From positions 1-57,464 of the IMG/VR virus record IMGVR_UViG_3300044272_001842: 57,464 nt of DNA. One strand, given 5' to 3'. Below, in pieces: positions 45,250 through 55,561 of this stretch (within the stretch, counting starts at the first letter, position 1; every line of letters begins with the position of its first letter). The notes under the pieces are model-generated. The model was not told the origin of the DNA. It was given only the letters and a program-made list of their open reading frames with translations, and did no database searches. The DNA is from a virus (lineage: Duplodnaviria; Caudoviricetes). The translations under genes were made by a program, and so were the position numbers.

Positions 45250-47648
45250 GTAGTTTATTTAATATAGCGGCAGGAGGCGAAACAGGATTTTATCCGTTTA
45301 AGATAGACAACTCTTTACGGTTTGATGATGGTAGTACAACATATTTAACTCAAACATTTTCAGCAGGAGACAGAGATTTATACACAATAAGTTTCTGGGT
45401 TAAAAGATGTTTATTAGGATCTACTCAATATGTATTTGGAGCTCATAGTGGAGCCGCTATTGATGGCGGTGTTGTTTTTACTTCAAGTGACACTTTAGGT
45501 TTTTCTTTAAATGGAAATGTGTACAATAAATACACAAGTGCTGTGTTTAGGGACACAAGTGCGTGGTATAATTTTGTAATTATATATGACAGTGCTCAAT
45601 CAACTGCGGCAGACAGAATAAAAATTTATGCAAATAGTGTCGAGCAAACAGACTATACCACATCAAATAGTGGATTGCCACCATCGAGTTATGACTCATT
45701 ATATCTTAACAATAATAAAGTTCACACTATTGGGAAACTTAGTGGGTACAGTCAGAACTATTTTGATGGATATCTTGCTGATTTTAACTTTATAGATGGG
45801 CAAGCATTAGCTCCTTCTAATTTTGGTGAAACAAAATCAGGCGTTTGGGTTCCTAAAGATACATCTGGCTTAACGTTTGGAACAAATGGTTTCAGATTAG
45901 AGTTTAAAAATAGCTCTGACATAGGCAATGATACAAGCGGTCAGGATAACGATTGGAGTACAAATAATTTCGTAACCGCAGATGTAGTGTCAGATAGTCC
46001 CACTAATAATTTTGCTACTATGAATCCTTTAGATGGTCCTACTTTTTCTACTGCTTTTGGTAATTTGCGAGTTAATGGTAGTTCTAGTACCGCAGGAAGT
46101 ATAGGGTCTACCTTTTTTCCAACAACAGGTAAATGGTACGTTGAAATGGTTGCTGAAGATATGGGCAACGGAATGTCTGTTGGTATTAAGAGTGATACTG
46201 AAGGCACTTTTTGGAAGCCAACTAGAGGTAAAAGTGTAATTTACCAATCTGATGGTCATAAGATTATTGATGGTGGGAGTGCTGTTGACTATGGTGCTAC
46301 TTATACTGTTGGAGATATAATAGGTCTTAAAATAAATTTAGATGATGGCGAGATAGAGTTTTTAAAAAACAATGCTTCACAAGGTAACGCATCAACCGCT
46401 TTAACTTCTGGTGTTGCTTTTGGTGTTTTCTTTCTAGATACGTCTTCAGCAGATAACGCTAGGTCGCAATTTAATTTTGGACAAGATAGCTCATTTCGGA
46501 ATACTGTAACCTCTGGTTCAGCTAACGCTTCAGACGCTAATGGACACGGTGATTTTTATTATTCAGTTCCTTCTGGATATTTAGCACTAGTTGCAGAAAA
46601 TTTGCCTGAACCATCCATCTCACCTTTAAATGATGAGCCTCCAGAAGATCACTTCGACACACAAATATGGACAGGAACTGGTTCGAGTAACAGTATATCG
46701 AGTTATCAGTTTGCACCAGATTGGGTTTGGATAAAACAACGAAACGCAACACAAGACCATACTGTGCAAGATAGTGTTCGTGGTGTTGGTAAATATTTAT
46801 CAACAAATGATACTGACTCTGAAAGTACAAGTTCAACACAAATAACATCATTTGATTCAAATGGTTTTACGTTAGGAACAGCAATATCAACAAATGACAA
46901 TAACGATACCTATGTTGGTTGGGCTTGGCTTGCAGGGGGTTCAGCATCTAGCAACACAGACGGAAGCATCACTAGCTCTGTATCAGCTAATACAAAAGCA
47001 GGATTTAGTATCGTAGGCTTTACAAGTGCTTCTTCTGGTAACTTTACAGTAGGACATGGACTTGGCGTTACACCAGAAGTAATTATTCAAAAGGAACGTG
47101 GGTCAACTGGAAGTTGGCACGTTTGGCATGAATCAGTTACTACCAATACTTCTCAGTATCTCAAACTTGAAACTACAGGCGGAGTAGCAAGTGTTAGTAA
47201 TGTATGGGGTGCTAGTGTTCCTAATTCGACCACTTTTGGATTAGGTGTAGGAGTGAGTGTCGATGCAAACAATACTCAAATCGCCTATTGTTTTCACTCG
47301 GTCAGGGGCTATTCCAAGTTTGGAAGTTACACAGGAACCGGAAGCACTGATGGTGTGTTTGTGTTTACAGGGTTCAGACCAGCTCTGCTTATTGTCAAAC
47401 AAACAGATGCTTCTAACAGATGGATTATATTTGATAATAAAAGAGGTGATATAAACCCGCTTGAAGAAAAGTTGGAATTAAACCCTAATGATGATACAGC
47501 AGAAAGTTCAAGCGGCACAGATTGTTTTGATTTTCTGTCAAATGGTTTTAAATTAAGAAGAAGTGGTGATGTGTACAATGGTTCTGGTCATGACTACATC
47601 TTCATGGCATTTGCTGAGATGCCTTTCAAATATGCAAATGCGAGATAG
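45246..47648 (+). CDS. Receptor-binding protein with LamG/concanavalin-like and SPRY-like domains
   Basis: TISFWVKR, FRDTSAWY, FDGYLADFNFIDGQAL, GKWYVE, PDWVWIK, YIFMAFAE. Confidence 0.7.
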   Translation: MSSLFNIAAGGETGFYPFKIDNSLRFDDGSTTYLTQTFSAGDRDLYTISFWVKRCLLGSTQYVFGAHSGAAIDGGVVFTSSDTLGFSLNGNVYNKYTSAVFRDTSAWYNFVIIYDSAQSTAADRIKIYANSVEQTDYTTSNSGLPPSSYDSLYLNNNKVHTIGKLSGYSQNYFDGYLADFNFIDGQALAPSNFGETKSGVWVPKDTSGLTFGTNGFRLEFKNSSDIGNDTSGQDNDWSTNNFVTADVVSDSPTNNFATMNPLDGPTFSTAFGNLRVNGSSSTAGSIGSTFFPTTGKWYVEMVAEDMGNGMSVGIKSDTEGTFWKPTRGKSVIYQSDGHKIIDGGSAVDYGATYTVGDIIGLKINLDDGEIEFLKNNASQGNASTALTSGVAFGVFFLDTSSADNARSQFNFGQDSSFRNTVTSGSANASDANGHGDFYYSVPSGYLALVAENLPEPSISPLNDEPPEDHFDTQIWTGTGSSNSISSYQFAPDWVWIKQRNATQDHTVQDSVRGVGKYLSTNDTDSESTSSTQITSFDSNGFTLGTAISTNDNNDTYVGWAWLAGGSASSNTDGSITSSVSANTKAGFSIVGFTSASSGNFTVGHGLGVTPEVIIQKERGSTGSWHVWHESVTTNTSQYLKLETTGGVASVSNVWGASVPNSTTFGLGVGVSVDANNTQIAYCFHSVRGYSKFGSYTGTGSTDGVFVFTGFRPALLIVKQTDASNRWIIFDNKRGDINPLEEKLELNPNDDTAESSSGTDCFDFLSNGFKLRRSGDVYNGSGHDYIFMAFAEMPFKYANAR

Positions 47649-47657
47649 GAGTGATAA

Positions 47658-48212
47658 ATGTGGAAATATAACAACAAAGTAATTAAGTCAGGTAGAGGTT
47701 GGTCAGACGATGACGGCAACCAATATCCAAGCAACTGGTTAGCACTCACAACCGATGCAGAAAAGAAAGCGGTAGGCTTGGTTTGGGAAGATGAACCTAA
47801 ATGGTATGACCAACGGTTTTACTGGTCTGCTGATAAACCAAAAGCATTAGATGATGTTAAAGAAGTAGATGAGGATGGTAAAGCTGTATTAGATGTTGAT
47901 GGCAATCAACTAATAACACTTGGTCTTAAAAGTCAATACAAAGCACAGACAAAAGCTACAGCTAAATCATTACTTGAATCAACTGATTGGTATGTTGTTC
48001 GTAAAGCAGAAGATAGCACAACCACTATTCCAACCGATGTTGCTACCTATAGGGCGGCTGTTAGGACTGCTTCAGGCACGATTGAGACAGCGATAACAAA
48101 TGCATCTGACCATGCGGCTTTTATAGCCTTATGGGATATACCAGTGGATAGCGATGGTAATCCTACAGGCAACGCACCGATAAATGACTGGCCGGAGCCA
48201 CTTATAGGATAA
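47658..48212 (+). CDS. Putative tail fibre assembly protein
   Basis: LLESTDWYVVR...YRAAVR...WP pattern; follows the fibre gene. Confidence 0.55.
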   Translation: MWKYNNKVIKSGRGWSDDDGNQYPSNWLALTTDAEKKAVGLVWEDEPKWYDQRFYWSADKPKALDDVKEVDEDGKAVLDVDGNQLITLGLKSQYKAQTKATAKSLLESTDWYVVRKAEDSTTTIPTDVATYRAAVRTASGTIETAITNASDHAAFIALWDIPVDSDGNPTGNAPINDWPEPLIG

Positions 48213-48215
48213 AGT

Positions 48216-49925
48216 ATGTTTTCAACCCTACCCTTTGCTGGAGGTGCATTTGCTGATTCGGGGTCTGAAAGCGTAAGTTTCAGTGTTAGCGGTGTTGCGG
48301 CAACATCTGCTTTAGGTAATGAAACAGTATCTACCACTGAAAATGTAACTGTTGCAGTTACAGGTTCAGCAGGAACCTCAGCTTTAGGCAATGAAACAGT
48401 ATCCACTACTGAAAATATAGCTTTTAGTGTTACTGGGGTATCTTCAACCTCTGCTTTAGGTAACGAAACTGTTACAGGCACAGCTATTTTTAGTGTAGGC
48501 AACACGACTGAATTAGTCGGTGGTCTAGGTAATGAGCAAATTGGTGCTGGAGTAGGAGTATCCGCAACAGGGGTGTCTGCTACTTCTGCTTTAGGTAATG
48601 AAACTGCCATAACCTCTGTATCCATATCTGTTACAGGAGTTGCATCTACAAGCGCATTAGGTAATGAAACTGTAACAGGCACAGCAAAGACAATACCTAC
48701 AGGAGCAGAAGGCACATCAACGGCTGGCTCTGCAAACTTAACAGGAGCGGCAGTTGTAGGTGTTAGTGCTTCTGGTGGTGTCGCCAGTCTCGGTGAAGAG
48801 TCTGTTAGGTGTGGAGCTAATCTATCTGTAACTGGTGTAAGTTCTACGGGACAGGTAGGAACGGTACAAGTATCGAACACTAGAGATGAAATTGTTAGTG
48901 TTTCGGGTGTTGCTGGTACTTCTGCTGTTGGTGATCCAACAATTATTGGTAGTTGCATATTTAGTATTTCTGGTGTTTCTTCTACAGGTTCAGTAGGTGA
49001 TACTACTTTTGTCGGCTCGGTTAGCTTAAGTGTAACTGGGCAAACTGCTACTTCTGCTGTCGGTAGTAATTTTATAGTAAGGGGTAACTCGGATGTTGAT
49101 GTTACATTAGGAGCGGCAACAAGTAGTCTGGGTAATACTACTGAAGTCGGTAGTTGTTTGGTTGTTCCTACAGGTGCGAGTGCGACTACGACTGTTGGTT
49201 CTGTTTCGATAGAATTAATTACAGCATTTTCTGTTACAGGAGTAGAAGCTACAGGTGCAGTCAACACTCCTGATATATTAGCTGGAGCTACTTTTGCTGT
49301 AACAGGTGTAACTGCTACGAGTGCATTAGGAAACACAACAGAGTTAACTCAAACAGTCGTGAGCCCAACCGCTGTAACAGGAACAACAAGTATTGGTTCT
49401 GCATCAGTTGTTGGTGATGCTGTGTCCGGGGTTAGTGGACAGGCTACAACAAGTGGATTAGGTGAAGAGTCTGTAACAGGTGATGCTAATTTAGATGCAA
49501 TAGGAAATATAGGTAATAGTGCCGTAGGTGATGTAACTGTTTCACTTTCTTCAGTAGTCAGTGTTACAGGTGTATCAGGCACAACTTCTGTAGGCACGGT
49601 AGTAATAGATACTGCAAGTATTATTATCCCCACAGGTGTATCAGCCACCTCTGCTATAGGATCGGTAAGTATTGATTTATTACAGACCGTATCTGTAACT
49701 GGAGTTAGTAGTAACTCTACTGCTGGTGATATTACCTTTATTGGTAATGCTGTTGTAGCAGTCACAGGATTGTCAATCCAAGGAAATATTGGTATTGTTG
49801 CAATATGGGGATTAGTTGTACCTGATCAAAATCCTGTTTGGTCTGAAGAAACGGCAAGTCAAACACCTTCTTGGAGTGAGACGACACCATCACAAAATCC
49901 TAATTGGACAGAGGAAGCGGCATAA
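48216..49925 (+). CDS. Repetitive Ser/Thr/Gly/Val-rich virion protein
   Basis: Many approximately 23-aa units of type SVTGVS(A/S)TSALGNETV. Confidence 0.75.
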   Translation: MFSTLPFAGGAFADSGSESVSFSVSGVAATSALGNETVSTTENVTVAVTGSAGTSALGNETVSTTENIAFSVTGVSSTSALGNETVTGTAIFSVGNTTELVGGLGNEQIGAGVGVSATGVSATSALGNETAITSVSISVTGVASTSALGNETVTGTAKTIPTGAEGTSTAGSANLTGAAVVGVSASGGVASLGEESVRCGANLSVTGVSSTGQVGTVQVSNTRDEIVSVSGVAGTSAVGDPTIIGSCIFSISGVSSTGSVGDTTFVGSVSLSVTGQTATSAVGSNFIVRGNSDVDVTLGAATSSLGNTTEVGSCLVVPTGASATTTVGSVSIELITAFSVTGVEATGAVNTPDILAGATFAVTGVTATSALGNTTELTQTVVSPTAVTGTTSIGSASVVGDAVSGVSGQATTSGLGEESVTGDANLDAIGNIGNSAVGDVTVSLSSVVSVTGVSGTTSVGTVVIDTASIIIPTGVSATSAIGSVSIDLLQTVSVTGVSSNSTAGDITFIGNAVVAVTGLSIQGNIGIVAIWGLVVPDQNPVWSEETASQTPSWSETTPSQNPNWTEEAA

Positions 49926-50911
49926 TGGCAAGTTCATACACATCAAACACAGGAATAGAAAAACCAGCTACAGGTGAACAAGCTGGAACTTGGGGTACAA
50001 CAACAAACACTAATTTTGACATAATTGATCGTGCATTGAATGGTGTTGGCGCAGTCTCTTTATCTGGCACTACACATACTTTAACTACTAGTGATGGAAG
50101 TTTATCAGATGGTATGTTTAAAGTATTAGTTTTAGGTGGTTCTCCAAGTGGTACTAATACTATAACTATATCACCTAACACCGCAGATAAATTATATTTT
50201 GTGTATAATAACTCAGGACAAACAGCTACTTTTAGTCAAGGCTCAGGAGCTAATGTCAGCATCACTACAGGATCTGCAAAAATTATATATGCAGATGGTG
50301 CAGGATCAGGAGCCGCAGTAAACGATTTTACAAATTTACTAAGCATCGGTTTAGGTGGTACAGCAATAACTTCTACTGCCGCAGAACTTAATTTATTAGA
50401 TGGTGTTACAGCAACCACATCAGAGTTAAATTATGTAGATACTACGGCAGGAACAGTTGCCGCTTCTAAAGCCGTTGTTGTAGACTCAAACAAAGATACA
50501 AGTGGCATACGCAACTTAACTATTACTGGGACGTTAAATAGTGGCACTCCAGCTTTATTAGCTACAGCGCAAGAGTTTACGGCTACACAAAATTTCAACG
50601 AAACTACTTTAACAGATGCAAGCACCATTGCTTGGGATGCAAGTGCTAATCAAGTTACTAAAGTTACCCTAACCGCAAATAGAACATTAGGTGCGGCAAC
50701 TAACCAAGTGCAAGGGGGAGTTTATGTGCTGACTATAATACAAGACGGCACAGGAAGTCGCACAGTCACCTTTAATAGCACTTACAAATTTACAAGTAAT
50801 GTTCCTACTTTATCAACTTCAGCAAGTGCTAGAGATATTTTAGTATTTTTAAGTGATGGTACTAATATGTATGAGATAGGTCGCTCTTTGAACCCTAGTC
50901 AAACGAGTTAA
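49925..50911 (+). CDS. Tail protein
   Basis: GEQAGTWGTTTNTNF N-terminus; C-terminal domain shared with 44755..45249. Confidence 0.65.
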   Translation: MASSYTSNTGIEKPATGEQAGTWGTTTNTNFDIIDRALNGVGAVSLSGTTHTLTTSDGSLSDGMFKVLVLGGSPSGTNTITISPNTADKLYFVYNNSGQTATFSQGSGANVSITTGSAKIIYADGAGSGAAVNDFTNLLSIGLGGTAITSTAAELNLLDGVTATTSELNYVDTTAGTVAASKAVVVDSNKDTSGIRNLTITGTLNSGTPALLATAQEFTATQNFNETTLTDASTIAWDASANQVTKVTLTANRTLGAATNQVQGGVYVLTIIQDGTGSRTVTFNSTYKFTSNVPTLSTSASARDILVFLSDGTNMYEIGRSLNPSQTS

Positions 50912-50914
50912 AAA

Positions 50915-51382
50915 ATGCCATTAGCTAAATTACAGTTTCGTCCAGGAATCAATAAAGAAATTACTGCATACAGTAATGAGGGTGGTTGGAATGATTGTGA
51001 TAAAGTTAGATTTAGATTTGGCTACCCCGAAAAAATAGGTGGTTGGGAAAAATTATCTAATAATACCTATTTAGGATTTCCAAGAACATTACATGCATGG
51101 ACTAATTTATCTAATGATAAATTTTTAGCATTAGGTACAGATCGTAAATATTACATAGAATCAGGTGGTGGTTACAATGATATTACCCCAATACGTTTAA
51201 GTGTCAAAAAATCTGTTGATGTTTCTATATCGGTTACTGGTGTTGGAGCTACCTCTTTACTAAATAGTGTCACATTAGATCCTGAAGTGGTTGAAAGAAA
51301 GATTAGTGTGGCTATGGTAGCACAACTTGGAACAGTAGAAGTTTCTATAAAACCGGGAGTTTTAGTTCCTGTAGGAGATTAA
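50915..51382 (+). CDS. Putative tail nozzle / stabilisation protein, N-terminal part
   Basis: FRPGINKE, CDKVRFR.G.PEKIGGW, DITPIR. Confidence 0.55.
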   Translation: MPLAKLQFRPGINKEITAYSNEGGWNDCDKVRFRFGYPEKIGGWEKLSNNTYLGFPRTLHAWTNLSNDKFLALGTDRKYYIESGGGYNDITPIRLSVKKSVDVSISVTGVGATSLLNSVTLDPEVVERKISVAMVAQLGTVEVSIKPGVLVPVGD

Positions 51383-52990
51383 ATGAGTAATGTAACTGTT
51401 GAACCAAACGCTGTCACAGCCACCGCAAGTGTTGGAACAGTATCTGCTTTGATAAATACCGCTCCTATTAGCGGAGCAGTTATTACTTTTAGTTCAGTCA
51501 AAGATAGTACCACTTGTACTATTAATCACACAGGGCATGGCGCACTTACTGGTGATTTTGTTACGTTTACTAATGTCGATTTAGTTGCTGAGCTAAGTTC
51601 TATTGTAACACTTCTAGAAAAAGAACATGAAATAACAGTAACAAGTGCCAATGATTATACAATTACTTTAACATCTAACCCATTATCTACTCTTACTAAT
51701 TCTGGTTTAATAGAAGCTGAATATCAATTAAATAGAGGTTCTACCACGCAACTTCTAGGTTCTGGTTGGGGCGCAGGAACATGGGGTGCAGACGGTTGGG
51801 GGTCAGCCTCGTCTGAAACAATTTCTACTACGACAGGGTTACGAATTTACACACAGGATAATTTTGGTGAGGATTTAATATTATGCCCAAGAGAGGGTGA
51901 GTTATTTTTCTGGCGTGAAAACGATGGCTTGTCTACACGAGCTTTTGCTATTAGTGATTTGAGTGACACTGTACCCTTAAAAAATAGACAAGTCATGGTA
52001 ACAAGTGATAGACATGTTGTGGTATTTGGCACAACTGCTGTTGGGTCAACAGAGTTAGACAGGTTACTTATACGGTTTAGTGACCAAGAAAATGCTTTTG
52101 ACTGGTTGCCTACTGCTACTAATACAGCTGGAGATTTACGAGTTGAAGATGGCTCTACCATTATGCAAGCTGTTAAAACACGTAGAGAGATTATCGTTTT
52201 GACAGATACATCTGTGCATACCATGCAATTTATAGGTCAGCCTTTTACATTTGGTATTAGTAGAATATCTTCTAATACAAGTGCTATATCACCTATGGGT
52301 GCAGTAGCAGTAGAAGATGCTGTGTTTTGGATGGGTAAAAATAGATTTTATGTGTATGAAGGTCGTGTACAACCTATACCTTGTACAGTAAGAGACCATG
52401 TGTTTAACAATTTAAATGAGTCAGCGGTTGAAAAAATAGTAGCAGGAGTAAACTCAGAGTTTGGTGAAGTGTTTTGGTTTTATCCATCTGGTAGCTCTAC
52501 AGAAAATGATAAGTATGTAGTGTATAATTATGAGCAAAAAATATGGTATGTTGGAGCGTTTGGTCGTACTGCATGGTTAGATAAAGGTATTTATGAATAC
52601 CCAATGGCATCTGTAGAAACATTAATATATAATCACGAAAAAACAAATGATGATGATGGAACTGCTATGTCCGCTTTTATAGAGTCCAGTCCTATGGATA
52701 TGGGCGATGGCGATAATTTTACTTTTATACAAAAACTTATACCTGATATTAGTTTTGCTAAATCTGATGCTAGTGCTACTAATCAAGCTACTTTTACACT
52801 CAAAGGGCAAAGGTTTCCTGGAACTGGATTTGAAACAAGTAAAGCAATTACAGTAGGCGATGATGCTACTCAAAATTATGTACGTGTAAGGGGTCGTTCT
52901 TTTGGTTTACGTGTTGAGTCGAGTAATGTGCAAATGAACTGGCGGTTAGGCTCGCCACGGGTAGATATTAAAAATGATGGTAAACGATGA
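51383..52990 (+). CDS. Putative tail nozzle / stabilisation protein, C-terminal part
   Basis: GWGAGTWG, DNFGEDL, IRFSDQE, TNTAG, RTAWLD, WRLGSPR; beta-propeller-like. Confidence 0.6.
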   Translation: MSNVTVEPNAVTATASVGTVSALINTAPISGAVITFSSVKDSTTCTINHTGHGALTGDFVTFTNVDLVAELSSIVTLLEKEHEITVTSANDYTITLTSNPLSTLTNSGLIEAEYQLNRGSTTQLLGSGWGAGTWGADGWGSASSETISTTTGLRIYTQDNFGEDLILCPREGELFFWRENDGLSTRAFAISDLSDTVPLKNRQVMVTSDRHVVVFGTTAVGSTELDRLLIRFSDQENAFDWLPTATNTAGDLRVEDGSTIMQAVKTRREIIVLTDTSVHTMQFIGQPFTFGISRISSNTSAISPMGAVAVEDAVFWMGKNRFYVYEGRVQPIPCTVRDHVFNNLNESAVEKIVAGVNSEFGEVFWFYPSGSSTENDKYVVYNYEQKIWYVGAFGRTAWLDKGIYEYPMASVETLIYNHEKTNDDDGTAMSAFIESSPMDMGDGDNFTFIQKLIPDISFAKSDASATNQATFTLKGQRFPGTGFETSKAITVGDDATQNYVRVRGRSFGLRVESSNVQMNWRLGSPRVDIKNDGKR

Positions 52991-53217
52991 CAGTTAATAA
53001 AGCACCATTACCCACTTTTCCGTTGCCACCAGAAAACTACGATCGTATGTATTTTGATGAGTTAGTTCGTACTCTTACACAGACATTTACATTAGTAAAT
53101 AATCCTGGAGAGCTTAGAGGTACAAAAATTACACTTACTGATTTACCTACTTCTTCTGAAGGTTTAGAAACAGGTGCTTTGTTTAATGATAACGGTACAG
53201 TTAAAATTGTGACTTGA
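52987..53217 (+). CDS. Hypothetical protein
   Basis: 76-aa ORF with ATGA overlap. Confidence 0.65.
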   Translation: MTVNKAPLPTFPLPPENYDRMYFDELVRTLTQTFTLVNNPGELRGTKITLTDLPTSSEGLETGALFNDNGTVKIVT

Positions 53218-53303
53218 CTTGCAGTTTAACTATTTTTTGAGTATGATGAGTTTAGCTCATTACAGGTTTAGCTATCCTGCATCATACATTATGTAAAGGG
53301 AAC

Positions 53304-54740
53304 GTGATGCAAGGTATAGCCAGTTTAGATTATACGGTACAAGAACAACCGCTCATTCCACAAGGTGGGTTACAAAAATTTCAAGATGCCGCAGATATGT
53401 TGGCAGACTTTGGTCGTGAGGGTGATACCTACATTGTACATGCGGCTGAAGGTGAAACTGTTATACCAGTAGAAGTACTTGATGCTAACCCACGCATGAA
53501 GGCTATGCTTTTTAAACAAATGGAAGACATGGGGTTAGAACCAGAACGTTATGTTGTTGGTAATGAATTAAATAGTATAAACCCTGTAACTGGTCAGCCT
53601 GAGTTTTTTCTAAAAAAATTATTTAGTGGTATTAAAAAAGCTGTCAAAGCAATAGCTCCTATAGCATTGCCTGTATTAGCACCGTTTTTACTGCCGACAT
53701 TACCACTCGCATTAAGTTCTGGTTTAGGTGGTTTCGCCGCTTCCAAACTTAGGGGTGCTTCAACTGGTGATGCTTTGAAAAGTGCTTTGATATCTGGCGG
53801 TTTAGCTGGTTTAGGTAGTTTTGCAAAAGGTAAAGGCTTTTTAGGAACAGGTAGGGATGTTGGTATACGTGGTATATTTGATAGAACACCAAAATCTCCA
53901 GTAAATGTTAGTCCAGCTACTAATCAAATAGATCAATTAGCTGGTCAAGCGGAGATTATAGCAAAAGGCTTTCCACAACCAGAACTTGCGGCTTCAAATC
54001 TTCCTGTGCAAGCACAACCAGCTACAGGTTTAGAAGGTTTAGAAACAGCTAATCCTATAACAGAAGCATTTAAAAAGTATGTATATGACCCAGCACCTAA
54101 TGTAATGGATGCTAGTGGGCAAACTTCTGGTGAATCATTCTTAGAAAGTTATTTAAGCCCATCACGTACTTCATTAAGCCCAGAAGCGGCAACAGTTGAA
54201 GCCGCACAGGGCGCACAACAATCAATTGATGTAGCAAATTTAGCTTTAAAAAATCAGGGTTTACCAGCTTTAAGTCCAGATAAAGAAACAGACATGATAA
54301 CAAAAGCTATTACTAGTGCTACTACTAAATACGAAGAGCCTAGCACACTTAAAAAGTTTGCTCCATTAGCTGTCGCAGGAGTCGGAGCACTTACCGCCTA
54401 CGACTCATTACGTCCACCAGTAGATGAAGATGGTGATAATATAGATGATATTACAGGGCAAATGATTTTAAATCGAGATATAGAACAGGGTATATACCAA
54501 TATGGGTTTGACCCTAATACTTTCTATGGTGACAACCCATTTTATCAAAGAATACAGGCGGCTGATGGTGGTGAAATCGTTGGTCCTGGAACAGGAACCA
54601 GTGATTCAATACCAGCTTTGTTAAGTGATGGTGAGTTTGTTATGACAGCAAATGCTGTAAAAGGAGCTGGTGGGGGAGACAGAACTAAGGGTGCAAAACG
54701 TATGTACCAAATGATGAAACAGTATGAGGGCAGAGCATAA
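53304..54740 (+). CDS. Putative internal virion / ejection protein
   Basis: GREGDT..VH, INPVTGQPEFF, Gly/Ala hydrophobic stretches, GPGTGTSDSIPALLSDGEFV. Confidence 0.55.
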   Translation: MMQGIASLDYTVQEQPLIPQGGLQKFQDAADMLADFGREGDTYIVHAAEGETVIPVEVLDANPRMKAMLFKQMEDMGLEPERYVVGNELNSINPVTGQPEFFLKKLFSGIKKAVKAIAPIALPVLAPFLLPTLPLALSSGLGGFAASKLRGASTGDALKSALISGGLAGLGSFAKGKGFLGTGRDVGIRGIFDRTPKSPVNVSPATNQIDQLAGQAEIIAKGFPQPELAASNLPVQAQPATGLEGLETANPITEAFKKYVYDPAPNVMDASGQTSGESFLESYLSPSRTSLSPEAATVEAAQGAQQSIDVANLALKNQGLPALSPDKETDMITKAITSATTKYEEPSTLKKFAPLAVAGVGALTAYDSLRPPVDEDGDNIDDITGQMILNRDIEQGIYQYGFDPNTFYGDNPFYQRIQAADGGEIVGPGTGTSDSIPALLSDGEFVMTANAVKGAGGGDRTKGAKRMYQMMKQYEGRA

Positions 54741-55561
54741 TGGCAATTGATACTATTATTCAAAGAGAAGCCCCTGAAATAGAAGCTTATAAATTAGGAT
54801 TACTCGAACAAGCAAAAGATTTAACTTCTGCACCTCCTGTTGGCGGTTTACCAGCAGTACAAGCGCAAGGTGCTACTGATTTACAACAACAAGCTTTTGC
54901 TGATGCCTCAAAATTAGGTGTTGGTGCATACCAAAATTTTATAAACCCAGCATCTCTTATGATACAAGCTGGAGGATTAGCCCCCTCACAGACCATGATA
55001 GACCAATATATGAACCCTTACCAACAAGCGGTACAAGATGAAATTAATAGAGCGTATGACATACAACAGAATCAAGCGGCAGATCGTGCGATTGGCGCAA
55101 AAGCTTTTGGCGGAAGTAGAGCAGAGATTTTATCACGTGAAGTTGATCGTAATAGAGCTTCAGCGTTGGCTCAATCACAAGCTCAAAATTTTTTACAAGC
55201 GCAACAAGCCGCCCAAAACCAACTCCAAAGACAAATAGAAGCAGGAACACGGCTAGGTGGTTTAGGCGAGTTAGCGCAAAGAATGGATGTGTCAGGGTTA
55301 GGTGTTATGTCACAGCTTGGTGAACAAGAACGTGCTTTACTACAAGCACAGTTAGAAGCACAAAGACAAACAGATTTACAGAATGTAATGGAGCCTAGGC
55401 AACGTCTAGGTTTTTACAGTGATATTTTAACAGGAGCACCCACTACACAAATGCAAACACAAATAAGCTCTACCCCTCAACCAAGTCTCTTAAATCAATT
55501 ATTGGGTGCAGGGATAGGTGGTTTAAGTTTATACGGTGGATTTAATAGGGCATTTGGCTAA
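54740..55561 (+). CDS. Putative internal virion / ejection protein
   Basis: Gln/Ala-rich; YMNPYQQAV, AFGGSR. Confidence 0.55.
   Translation: MAIDTIIQREAPEIEAYKLGLLEQAKDLTSAPPVGGLPAVQAQGATDLQQQAFADASKLGVGAYQNFINPASLMIQAGGLAPSQTMIDQYMNPYQQAVQDEINRAYDIQQNQAADRAIGAKAFGGSRAEILSREVDRNRASALAQSQAQNFLQAQQAAQNQLQRQIEAGTRLGGLGELAQRMDVSGLGVMSQLGEQERALLQAQLEAQRQTDLQNVMEPRQRLGFYSDILTGAPTTQMQTQISSTPQPSLLNQLLGAGIGGLSLYGGFNRAFG

Noticed and set aside
44755-47648. Diversity-generating retroelement suggested by the Mtd-like N-terminus
   Set aside because: No reverse transcriptase and no template/variable repeat pair differing only at adenines
48047-49765. Long minus-strand ORFs (429 aa and 138 aa) and the many other short antisense ORFs
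   Set aside because: Shadows of + strand genes with biased codon use; no recognisable motifs
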